A DNA stretch of 63,022 nucleotides, counting the filler, from Reticulomyxa filosa (taxonomy: Eukaryota > Protista > Foraminifera): assembly GCA_000512085.1 (NCBI GenBank). It is 13 parts of 13 records of this genome, joined end to end, with 100 filler letters (N's around TTAATTAATTAA, not from the genome) between each part and the next. Parts side by side here need not be neighbours in the genome. Positions count along the whole stretch, not along the records: positions 24,090 to 27,037 come from ASPP01005488.1; positions 27,138 to 28,552 come from ASPP01013305.1; positions 28,653 to 31,603 come from ASPP01009629.1; positions 31,704 to 34,193 come from ASPP01019452.1; positions 34,294 to 61,618 come from ASPP01019206.1; 8 more parts are not named here. One strand, given 5' to 3'. Shown in pieces: positions 26,044 through 38,099 of this stretch. Every line of letters begins with the position of its first letter. The stretch's first letter is position 1. Made by a program: the position numbers and the translations under genes. The notes beneath the pieces are model-generated. The model worked only from the letters and a program-made list of their open reading frames with translations, did not search any database and was not told the origin of the DNA.

Positions 26044-26276
26044 TGTAGGACAAGTCCCTGTTACGAGTATCTGAACGTCAAGGGAACTGAGGAATCCTCA
26101 GTAGGTTAAACTTCCTCAACAAACTACTTCTTACTTTCTTGCTTTTCTTTACTTTCCTTTTGTTATCTTGTTTTATTATTTCAATTTCTTTCGTTTTACG
26201 AAATCACTATTATCTTCTTAGTAAACATCTCTCGTATTACAGTTGGTGTACCACTACTATCAGCAGACATCCCACA
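26044..26276 (-). mobile_element. 233-bp TGT...ACA element (solo LTR or Ginger-like MITE) with CCAA 4-bp TSD
   Basis: ccaa|TGTAGG...CCCACA|ccaa; reverse-complement homolog of 40459-40673. Confidence 0.85.
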
Positions 26277-26569
26277 CCAACCTTGATTTTTTAATTTTGA
26301 CACTAACTTTTAAGTCTTGGTTTGACAATTTTTAAAGGTATTTGTTTCAATCACGTCCACAGTTTTATTTTTGCTTCATCAAAAAATATCATTTCTTACA
26401 ATAATTTAAAATCTGATATTTGTGTTCGTTTTAAATTCGGCGCTCTCATTAATATAACTGTCTTTTAACTTTAGCTTTTTTCTGGGAGAAAATTTTTTTT
26501 TTTTTTTTTGTAAAAATGGGGGATTTACGTTGTTAATGAATTGGTTGGTGTGCATGTACAAATGACATG

Positions 26570-27037
26570 ATACACACAAAGTCCCAAACGCGCCAGTCTC
26601 GTCAGAGGTGGAAATGAAAGAAACATACGAAATTGTAACAACCGGAGATTTGATGCAAATGGAGCGACAAGAAATAAAAGGCATACAAGAAGTACTGAAC
26701 ATGAAAGATTTGGATGATGTCTCTATTTTATGGTACAAACGCCATTCTCTCTCATTTTTTTTTTCTGTCATGTTGTTATTTGCTAATAAAAGAAGTCAAC
26801 TCTCAAACAGATAAAATATAACAAATAACAAATAACAATTAATAATAATAATAGTCGGTATTATCGATGGAATAAAGGAAAATTAATGGAAGATTATCCG
26901 ATACAACCTGAGGAGATTCAAAAACAATGTGGACTAATATCTTCAAAGCCAAACAAAGTCGGGGCCACTGGCAAAGAGTTTGATTGCTTCTTGTGTGTGT
27001 GAAGACTGTCTCAATGAACCTTACGTTTGAATTGAGC
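26570..27037 (+). pseudogene. Ariadne (RBR E3 ligase)-like N-terminal fragment, frameshifted at RING1
   Basis: YEIVT..DL.QM....I..IQEVL....SIL|.RYYRWNKGKLMEDY....E.....CG...FDCFLC, then the frame breaks (could be an assembly error). Confidence 0.6.
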
Positions 27038-27218
27038 NNNNNNNNNNNNNNNNNNNNNNNNNNNNNNNNNNNNNNNNNNNNTTAATTAATTAANNNNNNN
27101 NNNNNNNNNNNNNNNNNNNNNNNNNNNNNNNNNNNNNGTTGTTGTTTTTTTTTTACAAATTCTGCTTTTTGATTTTTCCATTTTCCTATCACTACGTAAT
27201 CTTGCTTGTCTTGAACAG

Positions 27219-27404
27219 CAAATTGTCGCCAGAGTAAACAGATTTGGCGTTGAAAATGCAGATTTTGTTATTGATGCTTTGCAATTGTACTTAGATTTTA
27301 TTGGCATTTTTATCAGGCTGTTAATCATTCTTACCAAGCTCAAAAAAAAGGAGCGTCTCTCTGTAAGTAAAATCAGTTTGGAATCAATTAAAACAGAATT
27401 GTGA
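27219..27404 (+). CDS. Bax inhibitor-1/TMBIM family, last exon
   Basis: QIVAR...DFVIDALQLYLDFIGIFIRLLIIL plus a basic tail. Confidence 0.8.
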   Translation, partial: QIVARVNRFGVENADFVIDALQLYLDFIGIFIRLLIILTKLKKKERLSVSKISLESIKTEL

Positions 27405-28334
27405 ACGCGTTAAAACTTTTTTATTCAAAGAACAGCAATTCTGTCGATCGTTTGCTGTTTAGTTTTTTTTTTGTCAATCCAAAATGATGCAATATCAAAA
27501 ACAGCATTCCTACTTTGCAAAAAAAAGAACATGAAATGCCACTTTATGAATATCATTTTTAAAAAAGCAAAAGAACAATAAATTTTTGTTGATTATATAT
27601 TACTTGTAAAAAAAATAAACTCTTTCATCATAATCTTGATAGTGTAAAGTAAAAATATACACTTATAGCATTAGTGTGGATAGCTAAATATACTAATAAC
27701 AAACCAGAAAATGTCAAGATATGTAAAGATCGTGTACATATTACAATAAGTGGCAGCAAACCCAGTAACGTCAAATCGCAATTCGGTATGTTAATGTACA
27801 TTACAAACATTTTAATAATGAATTAGCATACATTGCGACGAAAAAGATTGCTTAGTTTGCTTCAACGCTACAGAAGAAGACAAAAGGCGTTAGTTGGTAA
27901 CATGTAAAAAGAGCCAAAGAAATTTAGTCAGTTACTAACATGCTATCAAACGCAAAATCGAACAAAAAGGTGGAAAACATAACAAAATGTGCAATTGCAT
28001 TGTCCAATTCTACAGTAAGAACAAACTTTAACAAAACATCTTTATTGAACAAAAAAATGTTGAAAATGACTAATTAATAATCTGAACTTAAATTGAAATG
28101 AATATTTTGTTACATTTTCTTGTGCAAAGTATGATTATAATCGCATTTTTAGTAAAAAATTGATTTTTTAATTTTCATTAATTTAACTATTTTCATGCAT
28201 TAGAAGACAAATTGAAGTCATATTTGGCCACATCGTGATGAAGACACGCGGAGCGAACGCAGAAAAAATCATATACTAGAGCATATCGTGGCAATCATAG
28301 TTACAATGATGTGCTTGCAAATTTTATTCTTATA

Positions 28335-28552
28335 CAGTAGAATGCAAAAAAAAGTTAATAAATGTGGGAAGTCTACTGTGAAGAGCTACACTAAATGTAA
28401 TACGAAAAGGTTTTACTCGAATGAGAGTGACTTTCAGTAAAATAAAGTAAATTAAATAATAAATCAAAATGACAAAAAGTAAAGTAAGAAAAGCAAGGAA
28501 GTAAGAAGTACAGTAGGTTGCAAAAAAAACTGAACATCTAAAATGCCACCTT
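28335..28552 (+). mobile_element. Nested stack: Tc1-like end (28335), TGT...ACA element (28363-28510), Tc1 end (28511)
   Basis: TA|CAGTAGAATGCAAAAAAAAGTT; TGTGGGAAGTCTACTGTG matches 40459; breaks at GAAGTA|CAGTAGGTTGC. Confidence 0.8.
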
Positions 28553-29607
28553 NNNNNNNNNNNNNNNNNNNNNNNNNNNNNNNNNNNNNNNNNNNNTTAA
28601 TTAATTAANNNNNNNNNNNNNNNNNNNNNNNNNNNNNNNNNNNNNNNNNNNNTTTGCTATCAATTTTTTTTTTTTTGGATTTTATATCGTAGTTCTTGGA
28701 TGGTTTGATGCATACATTTGTGGGGGGGGGTTTTTTATTTTTAAAAAAAGGGCGATTGTGATGGCTTCATCGCAATCATTCAACGAAAGTCACACAAGCA
28801 CTATTGCATACTGGACGAAGGTGAGGAAGATGACGACGACGACATTGACAATCACATTCAAACGGAGAAATTGGCTTTGGAAGGGAGAGACATTGGCGAA
28901 GGCTTTGTCAATGTTACGCGATATAGGTCCATTGTAAAACAATGAGGATAAGCAAATTAATTTTTATCTCTTTGCTTTTATTTATTTCCCCGTAACATTT
29001 GGCCTTTTAAAAAAAAATGAATTAAACTATTTTGGTGTCTCAATGTTTTTGTGTCCACACGTCGTATACACAATTCACGTAACTCCACAAACTGGTGCAT
29101 TGTTTTCATTTTTTTAAAAAAATGTTCAATAATACAATTTCGTGAAAAGAGAAAAACAGCGTTCGGTCAAAAAAATTTGCCCTTCCTCCTTGTGAAAAAA
29201 AAAATTCCAAAGAGGGGGCAGGTTCACTAGTGAGAAAACAGCACACTTGAGTGGACCGTTGAGATGGAAAATAAAGATAGTGCAATACTTCAACGCGAAG
29301 GTATTCTGTGCTAAAAATGGAAAATCCAATTTCTTTTTTTTTCTTTCCGTCCTTTGCAGAAACATATCAGTCAACAAACTTGAAACTACTTACTGACACC
29401 AAAAAAAAACACAGAAAAGTGTTCACTTATGACCAATCTGAATATTGCAGAAATACAAGAGAAGGACAAGCATCACAAGATTGCGACACAAAAACCGAAG
29501 AAGAGATAGCCTGCAACTGTGAAGAAAGTTCTACTTTTGTGTGTTTGTTACTCCGTTTCTTCCCTTTGCAAGAGAGACAAAGGAAAAGAAAAAAAAAAAA
29601 AAAATAT

Positions 29608-30203
29608 GACAATGAAAAATGCAAGGTGTGCAATACGAGACATCAGAGATCTCACATCAAAGTCAGCTTGCATGGTCGAATGGAACAGTAAATTCGTGTA
29701 ATGTTTCATTGGAGAGCAGTGCGAGCAAAAGCAAAGGAAGAGAATGGCGAACAGCAGAGTATAACGAAGAACGTGCGGATCAGTCCCTTGGAAGACGTTG
29801 TTGGACAGCAAGTATGGTCCGAGAGTTTTATGATGCCATTGCTACCTCATTTTCATCGTCGTGCCTCCGAAAAAGAGGGGGTGAGAGTGGGCATGAATGG
29901 AATGAAGATAAAGATAAGACTAAAGGTGAGGGAAAGGAAGAGCGACATTACCAAACTTTGGATCCTTTAGACAACTGCTTTGAATCCCTATCACTATCGG
30001 ACCGTTCTCATACGTATACGTATCAAGTGGACTTATTAATGATCCCCGAGCCTTTCGCCTGTGAGATGTTGTCTTTCCAACCTGGAAATCGTAGCTACAC
30101 TAACAAGAGTTTATTTTACCTCTACACCCCGCAAGAGCTAAGAGAGCTCAAAGCCTTTGATGACATTCGTCGTGCTCTTACGTCCCAGAAAACTATTCCG
30201 TGA
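29608..30203 (+). CDS. Hypothetical protein exon
   Basis: 194-aa ORF with coding-like composition flanked by A/T tracts. Confidence 0.45.
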
Positions 30204-31703
30204 CTTTTTCTTTTTTTTTTTTTTTTTTTTTTTATTCTTGTTTCTATTGTTGTTTGATAACTCGCTTATTTCTTTTTTTTTTTTTTATATTTTTTCTCAT
30301 TGGTGACTTACTACTTACAACGGAATTTTTGACCCGCAGGTATTAAAAAAAAAAAGGGATACTTTTTTAAATAATTTACAACTATCTACGTATACAAAAA
30401 AAGTGCCCGAAAAAGGTCGAAAAAACCGTTTTGGAGAATAATTTCTCATCCTTTTTGTGATTGAAAGGTTATTGTTATCCTTTTTTTTTTATGTCTGTTG
30501 CCATTGAAAATGGAGAGGGAGGGGAAGGGGTTGAACTTAAAAAAAAAAAAAGGCTACCTTTTTTAATTTTTTTTAAAAATGCAACTTTCTTAATTTATTT
30601 CGAAAGTGATTTTGCCTCTTTGTTGCCTTTTCTTTTTTTGGTGTATTTTACTTGCTTTGTTCAATCTCTCAAACAAATTTGTGAATTGTTGTCCTACTGG
30701 TCATCTTTATCACATAATGTGATGATGGTTTGTAAAGGTAACAGTCTAAGCAATACGCTTCTTCCAAACAAATTCGGAGGGTCAATTGTCGAGAATAAAG
30801 GTAGCCTCAATCAGCCACTTTTGTGGTCAATTGAAGAAAAATGAAATAATGACAAGTAGCGTGCTCAATGCCCTACGGGATCTGTTTTATACGATTAGCC
30901 AATGCAACAAATGCAAGTACAATATAATTTAAGAACAATAATGTACACATTATTGGTAAAATGCAAAAAAAAGAATTTGAGCCAAATATCTTTGTCAATG
31001 ATTTTAAATAGCGATTAAAACTATTATCGTTTACGTGGAATGTTTCACATATTTAGCTAATATAAGGTATGTGCTGGAGAAGGTGCATTTAAAAGATTGT
31101 ACAAGAAAAAATTTTAAAATCTATTTCAAAGAATTACTAAGCTCAAGATTTTTTCGATTTGATCATCTAAAACTAAGGGAGAGGTCCAAAGTGTAAAACG
31201 AAAAAAACTAATTAAACGCGAAATGACGAAATTTTAAACAGACAAAATGACCAAATACAAGTAGAACTTCAACGAAATAGAAAGGACAAACTATTTTTAG
31301 AGAAAGGATGAAGAAATAAAAAGGGCTCAAACACAAACCTTTCTTTTAGGTGTGGCGAAATTCTTGCAAATTCGATTAGAAGAGAAAGACCGTTTTTTTG
31401 TGTTATTGATACGTACAAAAATATTTAAGACTGAAATTGACAAAGGAAAAAAAGGAATTTTTCTAGAAATTTGCCAAACCTTTTGTTAAGGTATACAGTA
31501 CAATCAGAAAAATAAGGAATGAAAGAAAGTTTGTGGATTGCTTGAAGAAAAGCAAAAGATTGCTCGAATGGAGAAGAGCATCGCAAACCCAACTTTAAGG
31601 AGGNNNNNNNNNNNNNNNNNNNNNNNNNNNNNNNNNNNNNNNNNNNNTTAATTAATTAANNNNNNNNNNNNNNNNNNNNNNNNNNNNNNNNNNNNNNNNN
31701 NNN

Positions 31704-31738
<35 letters not shown>

Positions 31739-31786
31739 ATATAGATATATGTATATGTATGTATATTAAATATAAATTGTAAAAAC

Positions 31787-32873
31787 CTTAAAATAGGCAT
31801 CAAAGTTCCCGAAGCAATTTTCAATCTGGATTGCAAAGTATTGTCCAAGATAATTTTTCCCTTTCTGGCTCTCAACATGACACCACCAACGGCACCAGCA
31901 GGCAGAAAGTCATTTTCATCCAATTTGATCTCAAGGGTAACCTCTTTGTTGCTTTGCTGTTTCATGATTTGAATATACTCACGTGCAGCGTCTTGCGTCA
32001 CCGCACGAGCGACTTCCAAGTCTTCTTTGACCACTTGGATTTCCACAATTCTTTCATCCATTCGTATCAGTCCTTGGATTATCAAGCTCTTCACAAACTT
32101 TTCATACGCCTTTCTGTTACTTTTCAATTCCGCTAATTTTTGAAAAGTCTTCTCTTGCGTTTGTTTCATCAGTTTTTCACGTTCTTTCAACACTTGCAAT
32201 CTCGACTCATTCACCCGTTTTGAAAACTCACTTTTGTCATTTTTTTTGTTATGTGTGTATTTAAAAACATATAAACATATACATTACATTATAAATATAG
32301 ATATATTTATAATGTAATGTATATGTTTATATGGCTGTGGTCTTTATGTATTTTACATTCTTTGCTCGATTTCTAATTGTTTCTTTTTTTTGTCATATTC
32401 TTGGATTATGCGAATTCTTTCTGGTTGTAAAATGCGCCCTTTTTCGTGTTGAAACTCTGCATCCGCCGACATTTTTATTTCGTTTGCTTTTGTTTTTGCT
32501 ATTTTCATTTTTCCATTTTTTAATTTTTTTAATTTTTTTTTTTTAAACAAGTTTTTTTTTTTTTTTTTTGTGTGTGTAGTGCTGTGACGAGAGAGAGAGG
32601 GGAGGAGGAAAAAAAAAAAAAAAAAAAAAAACGAGACAGAAAAGGGGCAAAGGGCCCCAACGAATTACATCAAAAAAAAATTATTGGCCGTGTTGTCTTA
32701 GTTTCAATTTATTTGGCCTTGTTTTTTTTTTTTTGTTCTTTACTCCCAAGCTACTTTTTCCCTGCCCTCTCTCTCGCCTCCGCATAAAGTAATTTAAGAC
32801 CATCGGTAAAAATGAAATTTTTCATTTGGTCAATGCGCTTTTGAGGATCACTGTCTTGTCGAGTCGTTGCCAT
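31787..32873 (-). CDS. ATP6V1E: V-type ATPase V1 subunit E (3' end lost in gap)
   Basis: IDQMKNFI..A..KANEI...AD.EF..EKGRI...N.SRL.VLK.RE...GGV.L....GKI..DNTL.SRL. Confidence 0.95.
32268..32333. repeat. Perfect 32-bp inverted repeat with 2-nt loop inside a V-ATPase E intron
   Basis: CATATAAACATATACATTACATTATAAATATA-GA-TATATTTATAATGTAATGTATATGTTTATATG. Confidence 0.95.
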
Positions 32874-33384
32874 TTTGGACTTGAAGGATCAATCCAAGTA
32901 AATTAATAAAAACAAAATGAAGGCAATTATCAAAGTGAATTTGGAAAAGAGATAGAGGATTTTTTTAAAAAATATTTTGTTAAGTTTTACTCACTGCAGC
33001 GCGTGTTGTATTAACTTTTTTTATCGTGATCTATTTGAGGTCGTTTTTCTTTCTCCTTTCCATTTGATCAAACACTAGTCACAATATCTTTTTCATTATT
33101 TATAGAAACATTAATGCTTATTTTTTTCTCGTTAAAAATTAGCGTCCTTCATTTGAATGGAAGGTCTTGCGACCTCTCAGTTAGATTTTTCAGTTTTATT
33201 TTGAAGTACTCAAAGCAAAAAGCAACGTAAGAGACAAATTGCATACACAAATGTACCGAATCAAACCTTGTTTCGTTGCGGGAAGTTTCAAACGAGAATA
33301 TTTTCAAAATGAGCCACGTTTCATCTTAATTTTTTTTTTCCAAATATATATATATTGTCCTAATTTTACTCTACATCTGTAATC

Positions 33385-34036
33385 ATGTTTAACTGGTTGC
33401 GTAAAAAACCCGAAGCTTCTCAGGTAGATAAAGAATTGTTAATGATTTTTTACAAAGTAAGGAAGGAGTTGTATAAACAACAAACAAAACAAAGTCTGAG
33501 CACGGAGCAGGTGGCAATGTAAAAGCAGATTCAGACGATGAGAATAAATCGAATGTATACATAATCTCAGTTGTTGTATAATGTGATGAATCAGAGATTG
33601 ACAAATCAATTTGTATTTGCGTGTTATATATTTTTTGAACATGCGCACAAAAAAAAGGGGGGGGGAACACCAACAATTGTTGTGAGAATAGCCAAAAGAT
33701 GGCAGCAGTATCAAATCTCAAAACGGAACACAGTTTTTGTTGTGTGTGTGTGTGTGTGTTTTACCTTTTTTTTTGTACGAGTTCAATAGTCATAAATACA
33801 TATATATATATATGTATATATGATAAAAAAAAAAATAATAATAATAATAATAAAACTTGAAAAGACCAGGACAGGCAACGTTGAAAATAATATCAGCAAA
33901 ACATGTGCCAACAGGCCAATATCCCAAATGCTTTGTAACCGTGAAAGACATGAATGGAGAAAGTATCGTGCGAACGCCAGAGACAGCAAACAATGGAAGT
34001 CCACACTGGAACTCCACTCTGCATCTTCGTCTTAAT
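33385..34036 (+). CDS. C2-domain protein, 5' part
   Basis: ATLKIISAKHVP....PKCFVTV......VRT......SPHWNSTL; upstream exons tentative. Confidence 0.7.
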
Positions 34037-34293
34037 GTATGTTCTCTCTACATGTCTACCTCTTTTATTTGCATCCAAAAAAAAAAAAAAAAAACAACTA
34101 AAGACTACATTACCATATATGTATATATACATTTACATATATAAATATATATATATACATATATATTTATATATAAATATATATATAAATATANNNNNNN
34201 NNNNNNNNNNNNNNNNNNNNNNNNNNNNNNNNNNNNNTTAATTAATTAANNNNNNNNNNNNNNNNNNNNNNNNNNNNNNNNNNNNNNNNNNNN

Positions 34294-34979
34294 ATAATAA
34301 TAATGACAATACCAATAAAAATGATAACAATAACAATAATAATAATAACAACAATTTAATGGGAGTGCAAGATCAGAATCAATCACTCTCATCTTCCAAC
34401 GCACACTCTGTCTACGGTGAGCACTCGCTGGAGAACATGGAACAAACCTTTGATCCAAGTGGACTAACTCAACCTAATTCAAAAGATATGTCCATGCCGT
34501 TAGGCGATAACGAACACGGAGACCGTCCTGCGCTAGAACCCGATCTCGAGTCTGCGTCCGCGTCCAAGAACGAAGCTGCAGATAGTCATGACTCTGGACA
34601 AGAATATCAACACTACACAAACGACACGGACATTGGTGTTGAGGAAGATCTTGCTGTTGGGGTTGACTTGGGAGTGGATATTAAAATGGCTGATTCCGAT
34701 GAGCTTTCACGCCATGATGACTCCGTCCCTATTACAGCCAATAATTTGCCCAATCCGATCCAAAATGATAATAACGCCAATCATACGATGATGTTCGATG
34801 TGGAATCACAACCCGAACCATCACATTCACAGTTAGTACGCGATCAAAAGCATCAGCAAATGGAAGTAAACTCAGACTTAAATACTGTCAGCTTGCTGCA
34901 TCATAGAAATCTTCATGACAATGCCAATGCGACTTTACAGTTAATTGACAAACTAAAAGAAAAAAAAACAAAGAAATGA
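34294..34979 (+). CDS. C-terminal part of an acidic/Asn-rich hypothetical protein
   Basis: Open frame from the contig start; low-complexity composition. Confidence 0.55.
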
Positions 34980-36035
34980 GTATATATCAATTATAACAAC
35001 AATCACTTTTTTAAATTTATTTTGTCCTCATTGCACACTACTCAAGTTTTTGTCAAATGAAAAAATGCGATATTTTGGGTTAAACATGCACAATTTTTGT
35101 ATATCCCTTACTGAGTAACGTTTTTGTTCTGTTTGTGATAATTGTAACTAGGTCAAGCGAAACTGAAACCCCTTTGGCTGAAGAGTTTTAACGTGTAGTT
35201 AATTAATGATTGATATGCAATTTCTCAACAACATATGTTTTGTAGTACGCCATCATTTCTTTTTTTTCAATCTATTTTGTGCTTACTCCTTCATTTACAA
35301 TTTAGTACTTGGATATAGGGAGTTTCTTATGTAAAGTCCTTTTACGCTTTGCTACTTTCTTCAGACAATTCTCAAATCATTAAAAGAAAAGAACACCAGA
35401 AAAAATTTTTTAGAACTGTTTGGGCGCAACAATTTAGTTTTGTTTTGTTTGTTTTATTTTCTGCTTTGCACTGCATTTTTCTGGAAAGAAACCATGGCAT
35501 TTAAGTCCACTTGTTTCTTTCTTCATGGAATTGCTGTGAATGTATCTCAGAGTACAAACAACAGACATTCAACAATAGTTTACTTGAATAAGAAGATGAG
35601 CTCATGGACGTCGCTAAAGAAAACTTCCTTAAAAAAAACGTATTGTTCTTAATTTGAAAGATTTGATAAAATTGCAAAAGCCTTTAATCAAAAGGGACAT
35701 TTAAAATATTACACGGTATGTCGAAGTTTTTTTTTTGCACTTGAAAATGGCCTAAAAAAAGACATTGTTGGCACATTCCTCAAATCATTAAAAAAAATTA
35801 TGTCCCTTTAACCGTTTTTTTGGTTAATGCAAGTGATTGGCACTTGAATGTAATTTTAAGAGGGAACGAACAAATTAACAGCAAGTTCACCAAAAACTCT
35901 CAAGACAGCGCACCAACGTTTGAGAATAATTGAATTTTTTTGTTTTAATTTCCAAAAAAATTTCTCAATTTAAAAAACTTTGATCAGACAAAGTAGTAAG
36001 TGAAATGAACATATAAACGAATCATTTTTTCACTT

Positions 36036-36996
36036 TTATTGCTTTGGGGTTGGTCTATTGGTGCACTCTGCCGCGTTAGTAACTCCCAGGTATCCATAAA
36101 AGCCATTGTAATAAGCTTTTTGAGTTCTTGGCCAAGGTCGACGAGCAGGTGCCGTCAATTCCCATACTTTTTCAGCTGAAGCAAGATCTTTTCCTGATGC
36201 TACAAATTTGCCGTGTACCCACAATTGTGGTAATTCACCTGTGCCACTGTTAACACAACGCAATCAATGGTTCAAACAAATCTACGTATACAAAACTCCT
36301 CGAAAACCTTTTAAGAAAAACTTAACGCTTCTTGCAACACTTTTTGAAAATCTGGTCGGGAGCCAGCATCTCTCGCAGCAAATACAACTTCTGTTGTCAT
36401 TCACATCCATCCACATAAACTTAAAAAACAAGGAAATTTTTGTTATTAAAATAGTTCGCAAAGTCAAATTTTTTTCTTAAGTAACTTGAATTTCGAACAT
36501 TCAAAATAAATGCCTCTGACAAATCGTCATTGGGCTTATTCACACTTCCATTGCAGAATAACATCACCTCATTCAATTTTAGGTCCTATAGTGTATTTGA
36601 AATCGATCAAGAATTTTTTTGCTCCTTCTACCCCCTTTTTTATTGTTCATTTTTTTTTCGCTTTTTTTTGACACGAAAATTCTTCCAAAGCCGTTTAAAA
36701 ACATTCAAATTTGAAAGGAGTTTCTCAGATTTATTAAACATTATCTTAACATCTTTGAATACATCTGCTGCAGGTCTGGCTTTCAATCTCTTTGCTGGTT
36801 CATATCTATAACACAAACCGTACAAATCTTCAATGGACACTGGTGGAGGGCCACGTTGTGATGCGTTGAATACCGCAAACAATCGCTTGGAAACAACACC
36901 GAAAGCTGCAAACGAATTTGTGCTTTTCCATGGTGCCAGGCCACGTAAAGCATTGGTGCCAGAGAGACGATACTTGGATAAAATTGCAGAGCTCAT
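36036..36996 (-). CDS. Mitochondrial monothiol-glutaredoxin (Grx5)-fold protein lacking CGFS
   Basis: Presequence-like start; spliced NEVMLFCNGSVNKPNDDLS..F...V....VVF..RD....PDF.K.L....GELPQLWVHGKFVASG.D. Confidence 0.65.
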
Positions 36997-38099
36997 TGCG
37001 ATAAACTAAGTGATGAACTTATAACCAATATCAAAAAATTGTATTTCACCTGGAAAACAACTTTTTTTAACAGTAAGTATGGGGCTTGTCGTCTGTTTCT
37101 TTTAATAATTTATTCAATATATTTGAAACAAATTAGGCAACATTTCTCTTGATAGTTGCAAAATCAAGTTATATTTGGTTCTTTTCTAATAGTAATTCCT
37201 CTGAAAGCGTAAATCTCTCCGTTTTTTAAAAAATACGCATTTAGAAAAATCTTTTCAATAAGTCTGTTTTGTTAAAAAATATCGTGTCTACTTTTTGCTT
37301 GTGAACAATTAAGCCAAGTAGCACTTCAAAGCTTAAGAGACCCACTTTTCTTGATACTAGCTGGAATGGCTTGAACACAGAAAAATATGTATATACTAAA
37401 ATTTTACTAAAAATATAGATAAGAAATTAGTTTTCAATAATTACGAATATGCCACAATACGACCATCACTTTCCATTTTTCGTATTTATCAGTCTTTTCT
37501 CTAGGGAATATCTGAAAAAAAATTGAAAAATTCAAATCCATAGCATTCGTTTTGAATATTTTTTCTCTATGTTTTACTTTTGTCATAATTATTGTCATTC
37601 AAAAATTTCAGACCATACGGAAAAAACAAAAACATCTTCTAAGCGTAGAAAAAAAAGAACTGGCTTCGTTTTGATCGTTATTCTAATACACGACTATCAT
37701 TATTTGAAATATTTAAAGTGTAATTGTCAAAAGTTCATGATTTCTTAAAATTATAGCCGATTGTAAAAATAAAACTTTTTATAACAATAACCCTTTTTTT
37801 TGAATAAAATCTGAGAGTTTGAAGTGATTAAAAAGGTCAACTTTAATTTCATATTTTTTCTTGAAGTGTAAATCTACTTAAGATTGCATATTTCGCTTCT
37901 GAAGGGAATCAAGCAGTAATTTTATCAGGATTAGGAGTGTATTACGTAAAACAATTATAATCTAAAAACTCTTTGTATCTCACAAATAATTCTAATCTGT
38001 AATTCTAGAAAAGTTTTTCTCAAAGTTGTAAGAAAAATATATTACTCCATTCGCTCCACCCCTTTCAGCCGCTGAAGAATTTTGATACCCTCAAAAAAG

